Assembly (NCBI GenBank): GCA_965223665.1
Contig: OZ245011.1
Span: 2,432,001 to 2,496,000, forward strand
Direction: 5' to 3'
Origin: Nitrospinaceae bacterium
GTDB taxonomy: Bacteria; Nitrospinota; Nitrospinia; Nitrospinales; Nitrospinaceae
Length of the DNA: 64,000 nt
The notes beneath the pieces were generated by a model that ran no database searches, was not told the DNA's origin, and saw only the letters and a list, made by a program, of their open reading frames with translations. Position numbers and translations under genes: made by a program. This document shows positions 50,246 to 60,705 of the stretch, one piece after another. How positions within the stretch are numbered: position 1 is the stretch's first letter; each line of letters opens with the position of its first letter.

Positions 50246-50575
50246 TTAATGAATAGGGTTAGACCGGGGAAAACTAGATCCTTCCCAAACTGGTTGGAAA
50301 GGTAATTTGACCCCCTCCAAGCCGGGTTGTAAAATGTTCATTTTTTTGGGATCTTGATAGAAAATTAGGTCCCATTGATCCAGGTTTCCATCATATTTTA
50401 GTAAGTAGATGTTACTGTCGTCTGCTTTAACTTTAAAGTAATCAGAAGTTTCTCCATACCAAACATCCAGAACTTCAACCACTTTAAACGACCGTTTATA
50501 GCCGTATTCCATAAGGGTAAAGGCAGTAGGTCGTTCATTGATTTTATATCCTGAATAACATTCGACTTTAACCAT
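50246..50575 (-). CDS. Conserved hypothetical cytoplasmic protein
   Basis: VECYSGYK.NERP...VLDVWYG...YFKVKADD pattern. Confidence 0.7.
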   Translation of the reverse strand: MVKVECYSGYKINERPTAFTLMEYGYKRSFKVVEVLDVWYGETSDYFKVKADDSNIYLLKYDGNLDQWDLIFYQDPKKMNILQPGLEGVKLPFQPVWEGSSFPRSNPIH

Positions 50576-50713
50576 GAGTGTATGTTATTCCGATAGATAT
50601 TAAAAGTAAACTATTTTTTAAAAGACCCTTAATTACTAAGAAAATACACAATAATTGCCCTTGTTGGTATAGAAAAATCAACCTAATATAATAGTTTTTT
50701 AAAAACTTTATCT

Positions 50714-51571
50714 ATGATGCCAAATAAGTTAAAAATTCGACAGTATTTAAATACTCTGGTAGGAGAACGGAACCCTTATTCTTCAGCTAAGCAATTACAT
50801 CAAATAGCGGATTATATAGAAAAACATTTTATAAGCTGCGGATTAAAAACAATTCGCGAAGAAGTTCCTTTTGATGGACAAATATTTCACAATGTTTATG
50901 GTTATCTTCAAGGAATAGATTCTACCAAGGGTACTTTTATTATTGGCGCTCATTTTGACTCTGTTGAAGGAACTCCCGGCGCTGATGACAATGCGAGTGC
51001 TGTAGCTGCCCTTATGGAAATTGCACGTTGCATAGGAAATAAAAATTCAAATATGACAATTCTATTTGCCGGTTTCAATTTGGAAGAATATGGGTTTGTG
51101 GGAAGCCGACTAATGGCAGAACGGTTACACAAAGACAAGGAATCTATTTTAGGAATGATTTCACTAGAAATGTTAGGGTATCGAGTTCACGAATCTGGTT
51201 CTCAAAAATTTCCTCCTTATGTAGATCCTTCTCAATATCCTGATAAGGGAGATTTTATTGCGGTGGTCGGCAACGAACCCTCCCAAAACCTCACTTACAA
51301 AATTGTTGAGGCCATGCGTTCCCAAGTTCCCAATTTACCTGTAGAATATTTAGTTCTACCAGGAACGGGAGAAAAATTTATTGACGTTCGCTTGAGTGAT
51401 CACTCCCCGTTTTGGGAAAATGGGTTTAATGCAGTGATGATCACAGACACCGCTTTTTTTAGAAATCCCCATTATCATCAATCTTCAGACACATTAGATA
51501 CACTAGACTTAGATTTCATTCGAGATATTTCGGAAGGAATTGTAGCTTTCTTATTGAACCCAAAATTCTAA
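50714..51571 (+). CDS. M28-family peptidase
   Basis: GAHFDS, PGADDNASA, EE, SDH and NPHYH motifs. Confidence 0.9.
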   Translation: MMPNKLKIRQYLNTLVGERNPYSSAKQLHQIADYIEKHFISCGLKTIREEVPFDGQIFHNVYGYLQGIDSTKGTFIIGAHFDSVEGTPGADDNASAVAALMEIARCIGNKNSNMTILFAGFNLEEYGFVGSRLMAERLHKDKESILGMISLEMLGYRVHESGSQKFPPYVDPSQYPDKGDFIAVVGNEPSQNLTYKIVEAMRSQVPNLPVEYLVLPGTGEKFIDVRLSDHSPFWENGFNAVMITDTAFFRNPHYHQSSDTLDTLDLDFIRDISEGIVAFLLNPKF

Positions 51572-51577
51572 TTATTA

Positions 51578-54500
51578 ATGAATCCACCTGAAGATAAAAA
51601 CCTCGAAACCCCAGAGTCACCTTCTGAAGATCCGCCTCCAAAAAAACTAACTCCAAAGAAAAAACCCAGACCTAAAAGATCCATTATAGGATGGGTCCTT
51701 CGCTGGGGATTCTACAGTCTTCTCTTAGTGATTTTGCTTCTTATTGGAATAGCTTGGGGACTTAAATACTTCCCTTGGAATCAATACCGAGCCACTATTG
51801 AAAGTACGCTAACTGAAAAGCTAAATGTTCCCGTTAAAGTAGGTGGAATTCTAATTGATTTGCCAGAAGGAATTCACTTACAAAATGTTAGTTTTGGGGA
51901 CCGTCCCATTCTCTTTTCAGTTAATGAACTAATATTAGACTACGATTTAAAGGAATTATTTAAGGGTAAGTTAATCATTGACCATATCAAGATTGATTCC
52001 CCTCAAGTCAATTTAGTCTCCGAAAATGGCAATTGGAATTTTCAACCCATACTCGATGCCTTGGAAACCTCAAATGAACCAGATGAAACGGAACCTGCTT
52101 CGGGCCCCATTTCAAATGAACCATCGTTAATTCCCTTTAGATTAGACCTACAAAAATTAGAAATAAATAATATCCGCGCATCCACAAAAATTGATGACAA
52201 GTTAGAAGCAATTATTTCAGGTATCAGTTTATTAGCAGAAGGGCAATTTAACCCTGAAAATATTAATGCCAAAATTAATTTCCTTTGGCAACCCTCAACA
52301 AATACTCAACAATCTTATAATCTTTTTTATAGAACCACTGACCCAAAAGAAGTTTACCTCCGAACGCTCATTACCACCGATTTAAATTTAACCGCCCACG
52401 GAATTCAAGAAGGAAGCCTTTCGGGAGTATTTTCCTTGAATAATAATTTTTTTAAATTAGGGCAAGTTTTTCCTTCTCCACAAATTGCAGGAAAACTGGA
52501 AACATCCTTAAATCTTAAGAACGAAACGTTTCAACTCGCTGATTTAATATTAAATATTGGGAAAGAAAATTCCATTAAAGCTTCTGGATCGGCGGAAAAT
52601 ATATTAGAGGACCCAAAGTTCACGATAAATTTAATCCGCACTCGATTTAATCTTGAAGAACTAGTGACCCTCGCTAAAGATTTTCTCCCCCCTCTTAAAG
52701 CCCAAGGAACTTTAGAGATAAATGATTTAGAAGCCAACGGACGATTGAAAAATAATCAAATCGAAAGATTAAGGCTTCCCCAAGGAGAAATTATTATCAA
52801 TAAAGTATTCGCCGAATATCCAGAATTGAATGCCAACATAAAAAATCTATCTTCGAAAATAAAACTCAACAACCTAATTTTAAAGGAGCTACAACCCAAA
52901 GAAGTGGATGCCATAGTTGATATCTTTCTAGATGAAGGCCAATTAGGTTCTGAATATCGAGTCCACGGATTGAATCAAAATCTCATTCTACACGCCGAAG
53001 GAGCGAAATTATCTGAAGGAAATATTAAATTCCACACACAATTACAACAATCCTATGTAGATTTTCCGGAAATTGGAATTATTCAAACTCCCCTAAAACT
53101 TGACGGAGAAATAAGTGGAAATTTGCAATCTGGAGACCTCCCCAAAATAAATATTGATTTAGCACTGGATGAATCCTTGAAATACACAGTGAATGCTTCC
53201 TTAAAAAATTTCGGCAAAAATGGATTTACTATAAACAATTTCCTCAAATTAAATTTCAATCAAATTGCACATATGGTCCCTGAAAAAGTTTTTAAATCAG
53301 TCGGCATTCAAATGCTTTCGGGGACCTCATCCATTCAAACAGTAGCAAAAGGAATTTTCAATGAAAACTTTTTCCCCTCCAAAGCAAACACCCAAAACAT
53401 AATAAAGCTCGAAAATATTGAGACGAAATTACTTAACCCAAATTTAAAAGCAAAGGGTTTGAATTTTTATTTGTCACTCCCTGCAATTATTAAGCATAAA
53501 AAAGGAATAAAAATTCCTGAATTAGATATTAAGGGAAATTGGAAACAAATGGAAGCACTGGATAATTGGATTTTAGGCTCAATGCAATTGGCCACCCATT
53601 TAAAAACAGACCAATTTATTTCTTATGAGGGTAAGTTCTCACCTATCAATATCCAACACCAACTCATGGCACAAATTGATAATATTAGCAGCATTGAACC
53701 CCAAGCGAATATCTCGGATTTCAATATTGATTTATCTACCGAATCAAAAGTAATTTCCCAAAAGGAATTTAGAGATATTAATTTAAAAGGAAAAATTTCT
53801 GCAAGTAAGACTCAAACTCTCAAAAAAGTTAAAACAGGCTCTCTTGAAACTAATTTTGATGTCAAGGCTACTGATCAAAATTTTACAAAAAGCCATGCAA
53901 AAACTTTTATTTCTATTCTTTCTCCAGAACTAAAACAAAAAGATTTTAATTTTAAACTTGACCGAATTAACTTACAAACTCAATCTCAACAGAATCTAAA
54001 AACGGGTGAAGTGCGGGCAAGTTTAATAAATTTGGACATGCTGGATCTATTACATTTAGAAGCCAAGGGACATATTAAAAAATGGGGGGACTGGTTTGCC
54101 ATAAACAGCACCCTTTCCAATACCAATATTAAAAACCTATATTCTCTTATACCTTCTCAATTTAAAGAGGGCCTCGAGGGACTGAATGTTACAGGTACCT
54201 TAGGGATAACATTAATTGGGGAAGGGAGGCGGCCCAATGAAGCAGAAATCAAAAGTTTAAATTTTCCTCTAATGCTGGAAACGAAAGCTAACCTTAATGA
54301 CTTAAGGATCGAATGGCCAGAACAAGGATTAAAAGTGGATAGTTTTAATGCTTCAACTCATTTAAGAAGTAAAAATAATCAAACCCAATTAAAGGGAAAT
54401 ATAGATTTTGGAAAAGTTTTTAAAGATGGGCTCCCGGATAATCGTCCATTGGAGCCTAACTTTAAATTCGATTATTTATTAGATAAATGGGATCGTTTGG

Positions 54501-55651
54501 AAATTCGAGAGACGCAATTGAACATGGACAGCAAGGAATTAGACTTAAAACTTAATGGGCAAATTGAGGGTTTAGGTAATTTTGTAAGAGGAAAACTTGC
54601 TCCAAGTTTTCCAGAAATAATTAAAGCAGTTGATTTTGCCTTACAGGGAACAACCTCAGTAAATGCCGAAACTCTGTCTCCATGGCTTTCTGGTTTTAAG
54701 GGCAAAGGGCAGTTGAATTCAAAATTCAACACCAATCTCATTGCAGGAAAAAATATTCAATTAAATGGCCAAATAGATTTTAACCATTTAACCGCAAGCT
54801 ATAAAAAGAGCACGAGTATCGAGGAACTTCACGGCAAGTTTTTTCTAAGCAAAAATCTTTTTTTAGATAAATCTTTATTGAGAATCCCTTCTAAATCATT
54901 TTCTGTTTCACAAAAAGGATTTTTTCGGCAATTACGCGATTTTTCAAATTTTAAAAATATTGTCAAAATCAAATCAATAAAAATAGGAAACCACAAAATT
55001 TCAGATATTAAATTAGATCTATTTTATAAAGACAATCGTTTTTTTATTGAAAATTTCTTAATGAAAGCTTTAGGAGCTTCCATAGGAGGCAACCTTTTTT
55101 TAACTCAAACAAAAGAAGGTCCGGAATTAAGTTTTTCCAGCGAATTTGCCGGAATCGATTTCAACTCTCTTTCGAAAAAATCCGAATTCAAAAAATCAAA
55201 AGATTCTAAAATGGATGGCAATCTGCATCTCGATTTTAAAATTGGCCAAGCAGATTCTAAAAATCGTGTAAACTTGGACCAATTATCCTCCAAAATAAAT
55301 ATCACAAGAATTGGCAGAGAGGTCCTTGACCGGGTACTTATATTTATTGACCCAGAAGAAAGCAAACCTGCAATTGTCGACACCAGGTCTAAGCTAAAAT
55401 TGGCTTCTCCTAAAAAAGTCAGTATAGAGTTAGAAAATGGAAATATAAGTGTTGCTGTCTGGTTGTATAATAAATTGCTAGGGGGAATTATTAAAGCTCC
55501 AGAGTTAAAACGGGTCCCAATTACACGTTTGAAACCCTTTAGAGACTTTGCAGAAAATCTCCAGGCATTAAAAAAATTTCAATCAGCATTACAATACTTG
55601 AGTGCCAAAGGAATATCATTTGACGAACAGGGAAATATTGCAGTGTATTAA
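51578..55651 (+). CDS. AsmA/YdbH-like membrane-anchored beta-taco lipid-bridge protein
   Basis: N-terminal TM, AsmA-like N-domain (..PQVNL..NGNWNF), long beta-rich body, 1357 aa. Confidence 0.7.
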   Translation: MNPPEDKNLETPESPSEDPPPKKLTPKKKPRPKRSIIGWVLRWGFYSLLLVILLLIGIAWGLKYFPWNQYRATIESTLTEKLNVPVKVGGILIDLPEGIHLQNVSFGDRPILFSVNELILDYDLKELFKGKLIIDHIKIDSPQVNLVSENGNWNFQPILDALETSNEPDETEPASGPISNEPSLIPFRLDLQKLEINNIRASTKIDDKLEAIISGISLLAEGQFNPENINAKINFLWQPSTNTQQSYNLFYRTTDPKEVYLRTLITTDLNLTAHGIQEGSLSGVFSLNNNFFKLGQVFPSPQIAGKLETSLNLKNETFQLADLILNIGKENSIKASGSAENILEDPKFTINLIRTRFNLEELVTLAKDFLPPLKAQGTLEINDLEANGRLKNNQIERLRLPQGEIIINKVFAEYPELNANIKNLSSKIKLNNLILKELQPKEVDAIVDIFLDEGQLGSEYRVHGLNQNLILHAEGAKLSEGNIKFHTQLQQSYVDFPEIGIIQTPLKLDGEISGNLQSGDLPKINIDLALDESLKYTVNASLKNFGKNGFTINNFLKLNFNQIAHMVPEKVFKSVGIQMLSGTSSIQTVAKGIFNENFFPSKANTQNIIKLENIETKLLNPNLKAKGLNFYLSLPAIIKHKKGIKIPELDIKGNWKQMEALDNWILGSMQLATHLKTDQFISYEGKFSPINIQHQLMAQIDNISSIEPQANISDFNIDLSTESKVISQKEFRDINLKGKISASKTQTLKKVKTGSLETNFDVKATDQNFTKSHAKTFISILSPELKQKDFNFKLDRINLQTQSQQNLKTGEVRASLINLDMLDLLHLEAKGHIKKWGDWFAINSTLSNTNIKNLYSLIPSQFKEGLEGLNVTGTLGITLIGEGRRPNEAEIKSLNFPLMLETKANLNDLRIEWPEQGLKVDSFNASTHLRSKNNQTQLKGNIDFGKVFKDGLPDNRPLEPNFKFDYLLDKWDRLEIRETQLNMDSKELDLKLNGQIEGLGNFVRGKLAPSFPEIIKAVDFALQGTTSVNAETLSPWLSGFKGKGQLNSKFNTNLIAGKNIQLNGQIDFNHLTASYKKSTSIEELHGKFFLSKNLFLDKSLLRIPSKSFSVSQKGFFRQLRDFSNFKNIVKIKSIKIGNHKISDIKLDLFYKDNRFFIENFLMKALGASIGGNLFLTQTKEGPELSFSSEFAGIDFNSLSKKSEFKKSKDSKMDGNLHLDFKIGQADSKNRVNLDQLSSKINITRIGREVLDRVLIFIDPEESKPAIVDTRSKLKLASPKKVSIELENGNISVAVWLYNKLLGGIIKAPELKRVPITRLKPFRDFAENLQALKKFQSALQYLSAKGISFDEQGNIAVY

Positions 55652-55683
55652 AATGGGTCACCTATGAAGGAGAAATGCTTTTT

Positions 55684-56103
55684 CTACTCCTTTTTTTTCT
55701 TTTCTTCTGCTTTTCTTTTTTCAGATCTTTCTTTTAAATTCTTTTTATCATTATCTATCGAATTTTGCATATGATCAGAGGACTTTTGAAACCGGCTTTT
55801 CATTTTGTTTAAAAACTTGCGTCCTTCTGATTGCTTTTCCCCCGACTTCTTTTTTGAAGCCTCAGCTTTAACTTCGGCATCTTTTCTTTTTTGCTCTGAC
55901 CTCGCTTGAGCTTCCTTTTTCTTTTCTTCGGCTTTTTCTTGACCTTCATTTCCTTTACCTTGAAGTTTTTTTTTCAGCTTTTGAAACAAGGTAGGTTGCT
56001 CCTCTGAACCCTTTTCTACTTCATCAGCATATAAAGGAAAATTTACTGCCAATCCTAATATAAGAAAACCCAACAAAATGCGAAACAAGATTTTAGAACG
56101 CAC
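55684..56103 (-). CDS. Secreted Lys/Glu-rich coiled-coil protein
   Basis: GGAGGG RBS before GTG (56103 or 56106); signal peptide (..LYA/DE); highly charged helix. Confidence 0.65.
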   Translation of the reverse strand: MRSKILFRILLGFLILGLAVNFPLYADEVEKGSEEQPTLFQKLKKKLQGKGNEGQEKAEEKKKEAQARSEQKRKDAEVKAEASKKKSGEKQSEGRKFLNKMKSRFQKSSDHMQNSIDNDKKNLKERSEKRKAEEKKKKE

Positions 56104-56267
56104 CACATCACCCTCCAATCTTTTTAACTTTATTTTTATTTTTTCCAAGATTACTTCAATAAAAAGGACTTATCAACCTATTTCATCGAACTAAAAGTTA
56201 GGCAGTCAACCTTTTAAATTTTGGGAATTTGAAGAATCAAAGTTTTCCAAAGACAAAATGAAAAGCT

Positions 56268-57545
56268 TTAAGGTTTCGGCTGTTGAGCAACTTGATTTTC
56301 TTTTTTGTCTTCTAAGGGAGAAATTAGATTTTGGATAGTTTTTTCAATAAAATTCTTTTCTACTGTTTTGTCTTTTAAATTTTCATTTTCAGGTTTTGTA
56401 GTCGCCACATTTAATTTTTCCTTTTTTAAGTCTTTTTCTTTTTTAGCTTCGTCGCTATCCCCAGATGGAGTTAAAGCCTGAATCGTTTTCTCAATGAGGC
56501 CCGGCTCTTCTTTTCCTTCTTTTTTGGCTTTATCTTTGTCTTTTATTTTCTCTTTATTCTCTACAATTTTTTTCTTTTCAGGGTCTATATTTTTTTCTTT
56601 TTTAGTTTCCTTACTATCTCCCGAAGGAGTCAAAGCCTGAATCGTCTTCTCAATGAGGCCTGGCTCGTCTTTTTCTTCTTTTTTGGCCTTATCTTTGCCT
56701 TTGACCTCTTCCTTTTTCTCCACCACCTTATTTTTTTCCTTGGGTAGTAGTTTATTATCGCTTTTAGACTTTAAAGTTTTCTCCTTTTCCTTATCTTCTT
56801 CAAGAGGAGAAACTAAAGTTTGAATTGTTTTTTCTATTAGGGATTTTTCTTCCATTTTCGGAGGAACTTCTTCTTTACCCTCCTCCGTTGATACTTCTGC
56901 CTTTTTGGACTTATCATCTTCCAAAGGCGAAATTAAAGTTTGAATCGTTTTTTCAATTAGAGATTTTTCTTCTTTAGGAAGCGGAGTTTCATTATTTTCT
57001 TTTGGTTCTTTATTTTCAGCGGTTTCCTTGATTTCAGGATCTTCCAGGTTCGACTGGGGTTTATTTTTCGATTTATCCCCTTCTTTATTCACTAATTTGT
57101 TAAAAGCTTTTTCTAATAGACCTTTTTTTTCTGTTTTATTTGCATTATCCGTCGATGGTTCTTTTTCTAATGTAGCTTCCTCAACATTATCATTTTTAGA
57201 GGATTCTACTTCTTTTTTTTCCTCTTTATCCTCTGGAGTAACCGCTAACTTTTCAAAAACTTTTTTTAATACATTACCTTCCTTTTTCTTTGTCTCATTA
57301 TTTTCTTCAGAGGATACTTTATTTTCAGATTCTTCTTCCACTAATCCCTTTGAGAGAGAATCCGATGGTTTATCACCAAAAACTTTTTCGACAATTTCTT
57401 CTTTAATAACTTCCATAACAGATTTAGATTTTACCTCTGCTTTGGATAGGCCAGGAATTCCCAAGTTGAAGACAAACCCCAGGATTATTACCAATGAAGA
57501 TTGGATTAAAGTTTTACTTATTTTTTTCAAATGCGAATTCAACAT
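56268..57545 (-). CDS. Secreted Lys/Glu-rich repeat protein
   Basis: Signal peptide (..SKA/EV); repeated LIEKTIQxL motif separated by charged linkers. Confidence 0.75.
   Translation of the reverse strand: MLNSHLKKISKTLIQSSLVIILGFVFNLGIPGLSKAEVKSKSVMEVIKEEIVEKVFGDKPSDSLSKGLVEEESENKVSSEENNETKKKEGNVLKKVFEKLAVTPEDKEEKKEVESSKNDNVEEATLEKEPSTDNANKTEKKGLLEKAFNKLVNKEGDKSKNKPQSNLEDPEIKETAENKEPKENNETPLPKEEKSLIEKTIQTLISPLEDDKSKKAEVSTEEGKEEVPPKMEEKSLIEKTIQTLVSPLEEDKEKEKTLKSKSDNKLLPKEKNKVVEKKEEVKGKDKAKKEEKDEPGLIEKTIQALTPSGDSKETKKEKNIDPEKKKIVENKEKIKDKDKAKKEGKEEPGLIEKTIQALTPSGDSDEAKKEKDLKKEKLNVATTKPENENLKDKTVEKNFIEKTIQNLISPLEDKKENQVAQQPKP
56305..56975 (-). repeat. Five intragenic copies of the IEKTIQ[T/A/N]L repeat
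   Basis: KSLIEKTIQTL[I/V]SPLE twice, PGLIEKTIQALTPSGDS twice and KNFIEKTIQNLISPLE once; also visible at DNA level. Confidence 0.8.
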
Positions 57546-57755
57546 GTCAACATTTTTATGAATTACATTAATTGTTTATATAAAAGTATAACTCATTCAT
57601 TCTGCATTGCCACAAAAAAAACATTTTTTTCTCAGAAAGACTCATCTCTTCTAATCCCTTAAAAAACCACTAGTTAAACTGAGAGCTAAAACTTCTTGAA
57701 ATCCTTTTTCAATTTGTTCACAATGACTCAAACCCTATTTTTGGCGAGGAATCTC

Positions 57756-58622
57756 ATGTTAGCGTTTGCAAAAGACATTACTAAAAACAATCATATTCAT
57801 CCTGAAGAAGCAGAAAATGAAAAGCTGAAAAAATATATGCAATACCAGCGGCAAATTAACCATGAAAAGCTAATTTATCATTCACTCGACCAAGCGAAAT
57901 CCAACCTATATAAAGTGATAAATGACGCCAGGGGAGAAGCAGATCCAGTAAGAACTTACATACAAAAATTTTTCCCTGTATCCAGTGAGTATGCGGACGG
58001 TGATACATTAATACTCATGCTTAGAAAACTAATCAATGCTCATAACACCACTAACAACTGGTATCGCATAAATCATTTTTATTATGGTTTGGTATATGAC
58101 TGTTTAGCTCAATATGTAAAAATTTATAACCGACTTATAAAAGAGTCTCCAGAAAAAGCCGAAGAACTGGGTATTACAAAGGATATTGAAATCGATTTTG
58201 ATGATTGGGTCCGTTTATATTTTCATGATTTGGATTTTTTAATTGGAAAGCCCATGAACTATACGCATTTCACTTTTCGTAAAAGAAACCAAGCCATAGA
58301 GCAGTTTTTAAGTAACCAGGCAAAGGAAGAGAAATCAAAGGAAGAAGCCATAGAAATAGCAGGCAAAGAGTTTAATATTGAACCAGAGGCCCAAAAAATT
58401 ATTCTTGGAAAAAGTGTTAGTCAAAATGATTTAGAATTATTCTTTACTTCAGCCGAGAATCCCATCTACCAATTTCTTTATGACCTAAACTCTGAAGAAG
58501 GGTTTATGGATGGAGAATCCCTCATCGATCATTCCTATTTTTTAGCTCATCAATTAAAAGGGCTGGATGAAACTGAAGCTGAATCCGTGGTAAATGAAAT
58601 TGAGAAACTTTCAAAGCACTAA
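57756..58622 (+). CDS. Hypothetical protein
   Basis: Long ORF (track start 57696); GAGGA RBS before ATG at 57756; no motif recognised. Confidence 0.65.
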   Translation: MLAFAKDITKNNHIHPEEAENEKLKKYMQYQRQINHEKLIYHSLDQAKSNLYKVINDARGEADPVRTYIQKFFPVSSEYADGDTLILMLRKLINAHNTTNNWYRINHFYYGLVYDCLAQYVKIYNRLIKESPEKAEELGITKDIEIDFDDWVRLYFHDLDFLIGKPMNYTHFTFRKRNQAIEQFLSNQAKEEKSKEEAIEIAGKEFNIEPEAQKIILGKSVSQNDLELFFTSAENPIYQFLYDLNSEEGFMDGESLIDHSYFLAHQLKGLDETEAESVVNEIEKLSKH

Positions 58623-58713
58623 AAACATGATACACTTAAAGTGATTGATTTTTAGGTGGTCACAGATTAACTATTCTACCTTCACAACTCTCTATTAAGG
58701 AGTAAACATTTAA

Positions 58714-59787
58714 ATGGCTTGGGATGATATACATGCACCTGGTGGCCCATCCGAAAGACCCAGAGGATCTGGAGGAGGTCAACAAGGAGGCCCGCCGGGA
58801 GGTGGCGGCGAAGGAGGCCCTCAATTTCAAATGCCTCAAATTAAAGTACCAAAAATAAAACCTTCTACTATACTAACCGCATTTATTGTTTTATTGCTGA
58901 TTTGGATTGTTCCCAGCGTAGCATATTTTGTAGAACAGGATGAAGAAGGAGTTGTTACACGATTCGGTAAATATGTTCGCACAGAGCAACCCGGTCTTCA
59001 CTTTAAATTACCTTCTCCTATCGAGCATGCCTATACCCCTAAGGTTAAGAAAATTCGGCGTGCCACGGTAGGTTTCAGGGATCGAGGACAAGGGCAAGAG
59101 CAGGATGTCCCAAACGAATCTATGATGCTTACTGGTGATGAAAACATTGTAGATATCGATTTGGTTGTTCAATATCACATTATTGATGCCAAAAATTATC
59201 TATTCAATGTAAAAAACCAGGCACAAGCGGTGCATGATGTTGCGGAGACTGCAATCCGGGGAATTATAGGCAACAAAAAAATTGATGAAGCATTGACTAC
59301 CGGAAAAGCTGAAATTCAAATAATGTTGAAAGACCAAATGCAAGCTATTTTAGATAAATATGAATCCGGAATTGGAGTTGTTACCACTCAGTTAAAAGAA
59401 GTAAATCCGCCTTCGCCTGTGGCAGGTTCATTTAAAGATGTTGTTAATGCCAAAGAAGACAAAGAAAAAATGATAAATGATGCGCAAGGGTATCGAAATG
59501 CAGTAATTCCGGAAGCGCGTGGAAAATCGGCACAAATAATTGCAAATGCCCAGGCATATAGGGAAGAAGTAATTAAGAGGTCGCAAGGGGATGTCTCTCG
59601 GTTTATGGCTCAATATAAAGAGTATGTAAAAGCCCCTGAGGTAACTCGTAAACGGATATATTTAGAAACCATGGAAGAGGTTTTTCCTAATGTAAATAAA
59701 TTTATTATGGGTAAAAAAGGAAGCGGGGTTCTGCCTATATTACCTTTAAACAAAAATCTCGAAAACGCCTTAGGACAATCAAAATAA
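58714..59787 (+). CDS. hflK: FtsH modulator HflK
   Basis: MAWD/Gly-rich N-terminus, SPFH domain, MLTGDENIV and RKRIYLETMEEV. Confidence 0.95.
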   Translation: MAWDDIHAPGGPSERPRGSGGGQQGGPPGGGGEGGPQFQMPQIKVPKIKPSTILTAFIVLLLIWIVPSVAYFVEQDEEGVVTRFGKYVRTEQPGLHFKLPSPIEHAYTPKVKKIRRATVGFRDRGQGQEQDVPNESMMLTGDENIVDIDLVVQYHIIDAKNYLFNVKNQAQAVHDVAETAIRGIIGNKKIDEALTTGKAEIQIMLKDQMQAILDKYESGIGVVTTQLKEVNPPSPVAGSFKDVVNAKEDKEKMINDAQGYRNAVIPEARGKSAQIIANAQAYREEVIKRSQGDVSRFMAQYKEYVKAPEVTRKRIYLETMEEVFPNVNKFIMGKKGSGVLPILPLNKNLENALGQSK

Positions 59788-59818
59788 ATTCTTAAATATT
59801 TTTTCATATGGTTAATTC

Positions 59819-60667
59819 ATGAAACAATCCACAATTTTTATATTGGTTATTTTTATCGTCATTGTCTACAGTTCTATGTTTACAGTAAACATGACTCAAA
59901 ATGCCATTGTATTACAGCTTCAAGAATATAAAAAAACCATTACAGAACCGGGTCTATACTTTAAATTTCCTTTAATCCAGGAAGTAAAGTATTTCACAAA
60001 AAGACTACTGGTATTAGATGCTGCCCCAGCTGATGTCATTACCAAAGATAAAAAAACGATGCTCATTGACAATTACTCCATGTGGCGAATTAAGGACCCA
60101 CTTTTATTTCTTAGAACCGTTAGAACGGAACGGGGGGGAGAATCACGTTTGGATGACATAATAAAGTCGGAATTGAGGGTAGAATTGGGTACGCATGAAC
60201 TAATTGAAGTTGTGACCAGTACTCGGGAAATTATTATGGAAAAAGTAGCTCAAGAATCGAATAAAAAGGCCGAGGAATATGGCATTGAGGTTATTGATGT
60301 AAGAATTAAACGTGCTGACCTTCCAGATGACAATGCTAATAAAGTTTTTAACCGAATGCGCTCCGAGCGTGAACGAATAGCAAAAAAATATCGTTCTGAA
60401 GGAAAAGAGGAAGCGACGAAAATTCGAGCAACCACAGATAAAGATAAAGTAATTTTAATTGCGGAGGCTTATAAAAAGGAACAGATCATTCGTGGTGATG
60501 GGGACGGACAAGCAACAAAAATTTATGCCGACGCTTTTAATAAAGATCCAAATTTTTATGCATTTATGAGATCCATGCAAGCATATAAAAATTCATTAAA
60601 AACAGATACAACTGTTTTACTTAACGAAGATTCAGATTTCTTAGAATTTTTAAATAAATCACAGTAG
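59819..60667 (+). CDS. hflC: FtsH modulator HflC
   Basis: PGLYFKFP, DVRIKRADLP, RMRSERERIA and FYAFMRSMQAY motifs. Confidence 0.95.
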   Translation: MKQSTIFILVIFIVIVYSSMFTVNMTQNAIVLQLQEYKKTITEPGLYFKFPLIQEVKYFTKRLLVLDAAPADVITKDKKTMLIDNYSMWRIKDPLLFLRTVRTERGGESRLDDIIKSELRVELGTHELIEVVTSTREIIMEKVAQESNKKAEEYGIEVIDVRIKRADLPDDNANKVFNRMRSERERIAKKYRSEGKEEATKIRATTDKDKVILIAEAYKKEQIIRGDGDGQATKIYADAFNKDPNFYAFMRSMQAYKNSLKTDTTVLLNEDSDFLEFLNKSQ

Positions 60668-60705
60668 CAAGTAGCACCTAAAATTCTTTTCTTATTTGAT
60701 TCCTC

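Noticed and set aside
57028-57561. 177-aa Ser/Phe-rich plus-strand ORF
   Set aside because: Antisense shadow of the Lys/Glu-rich gene
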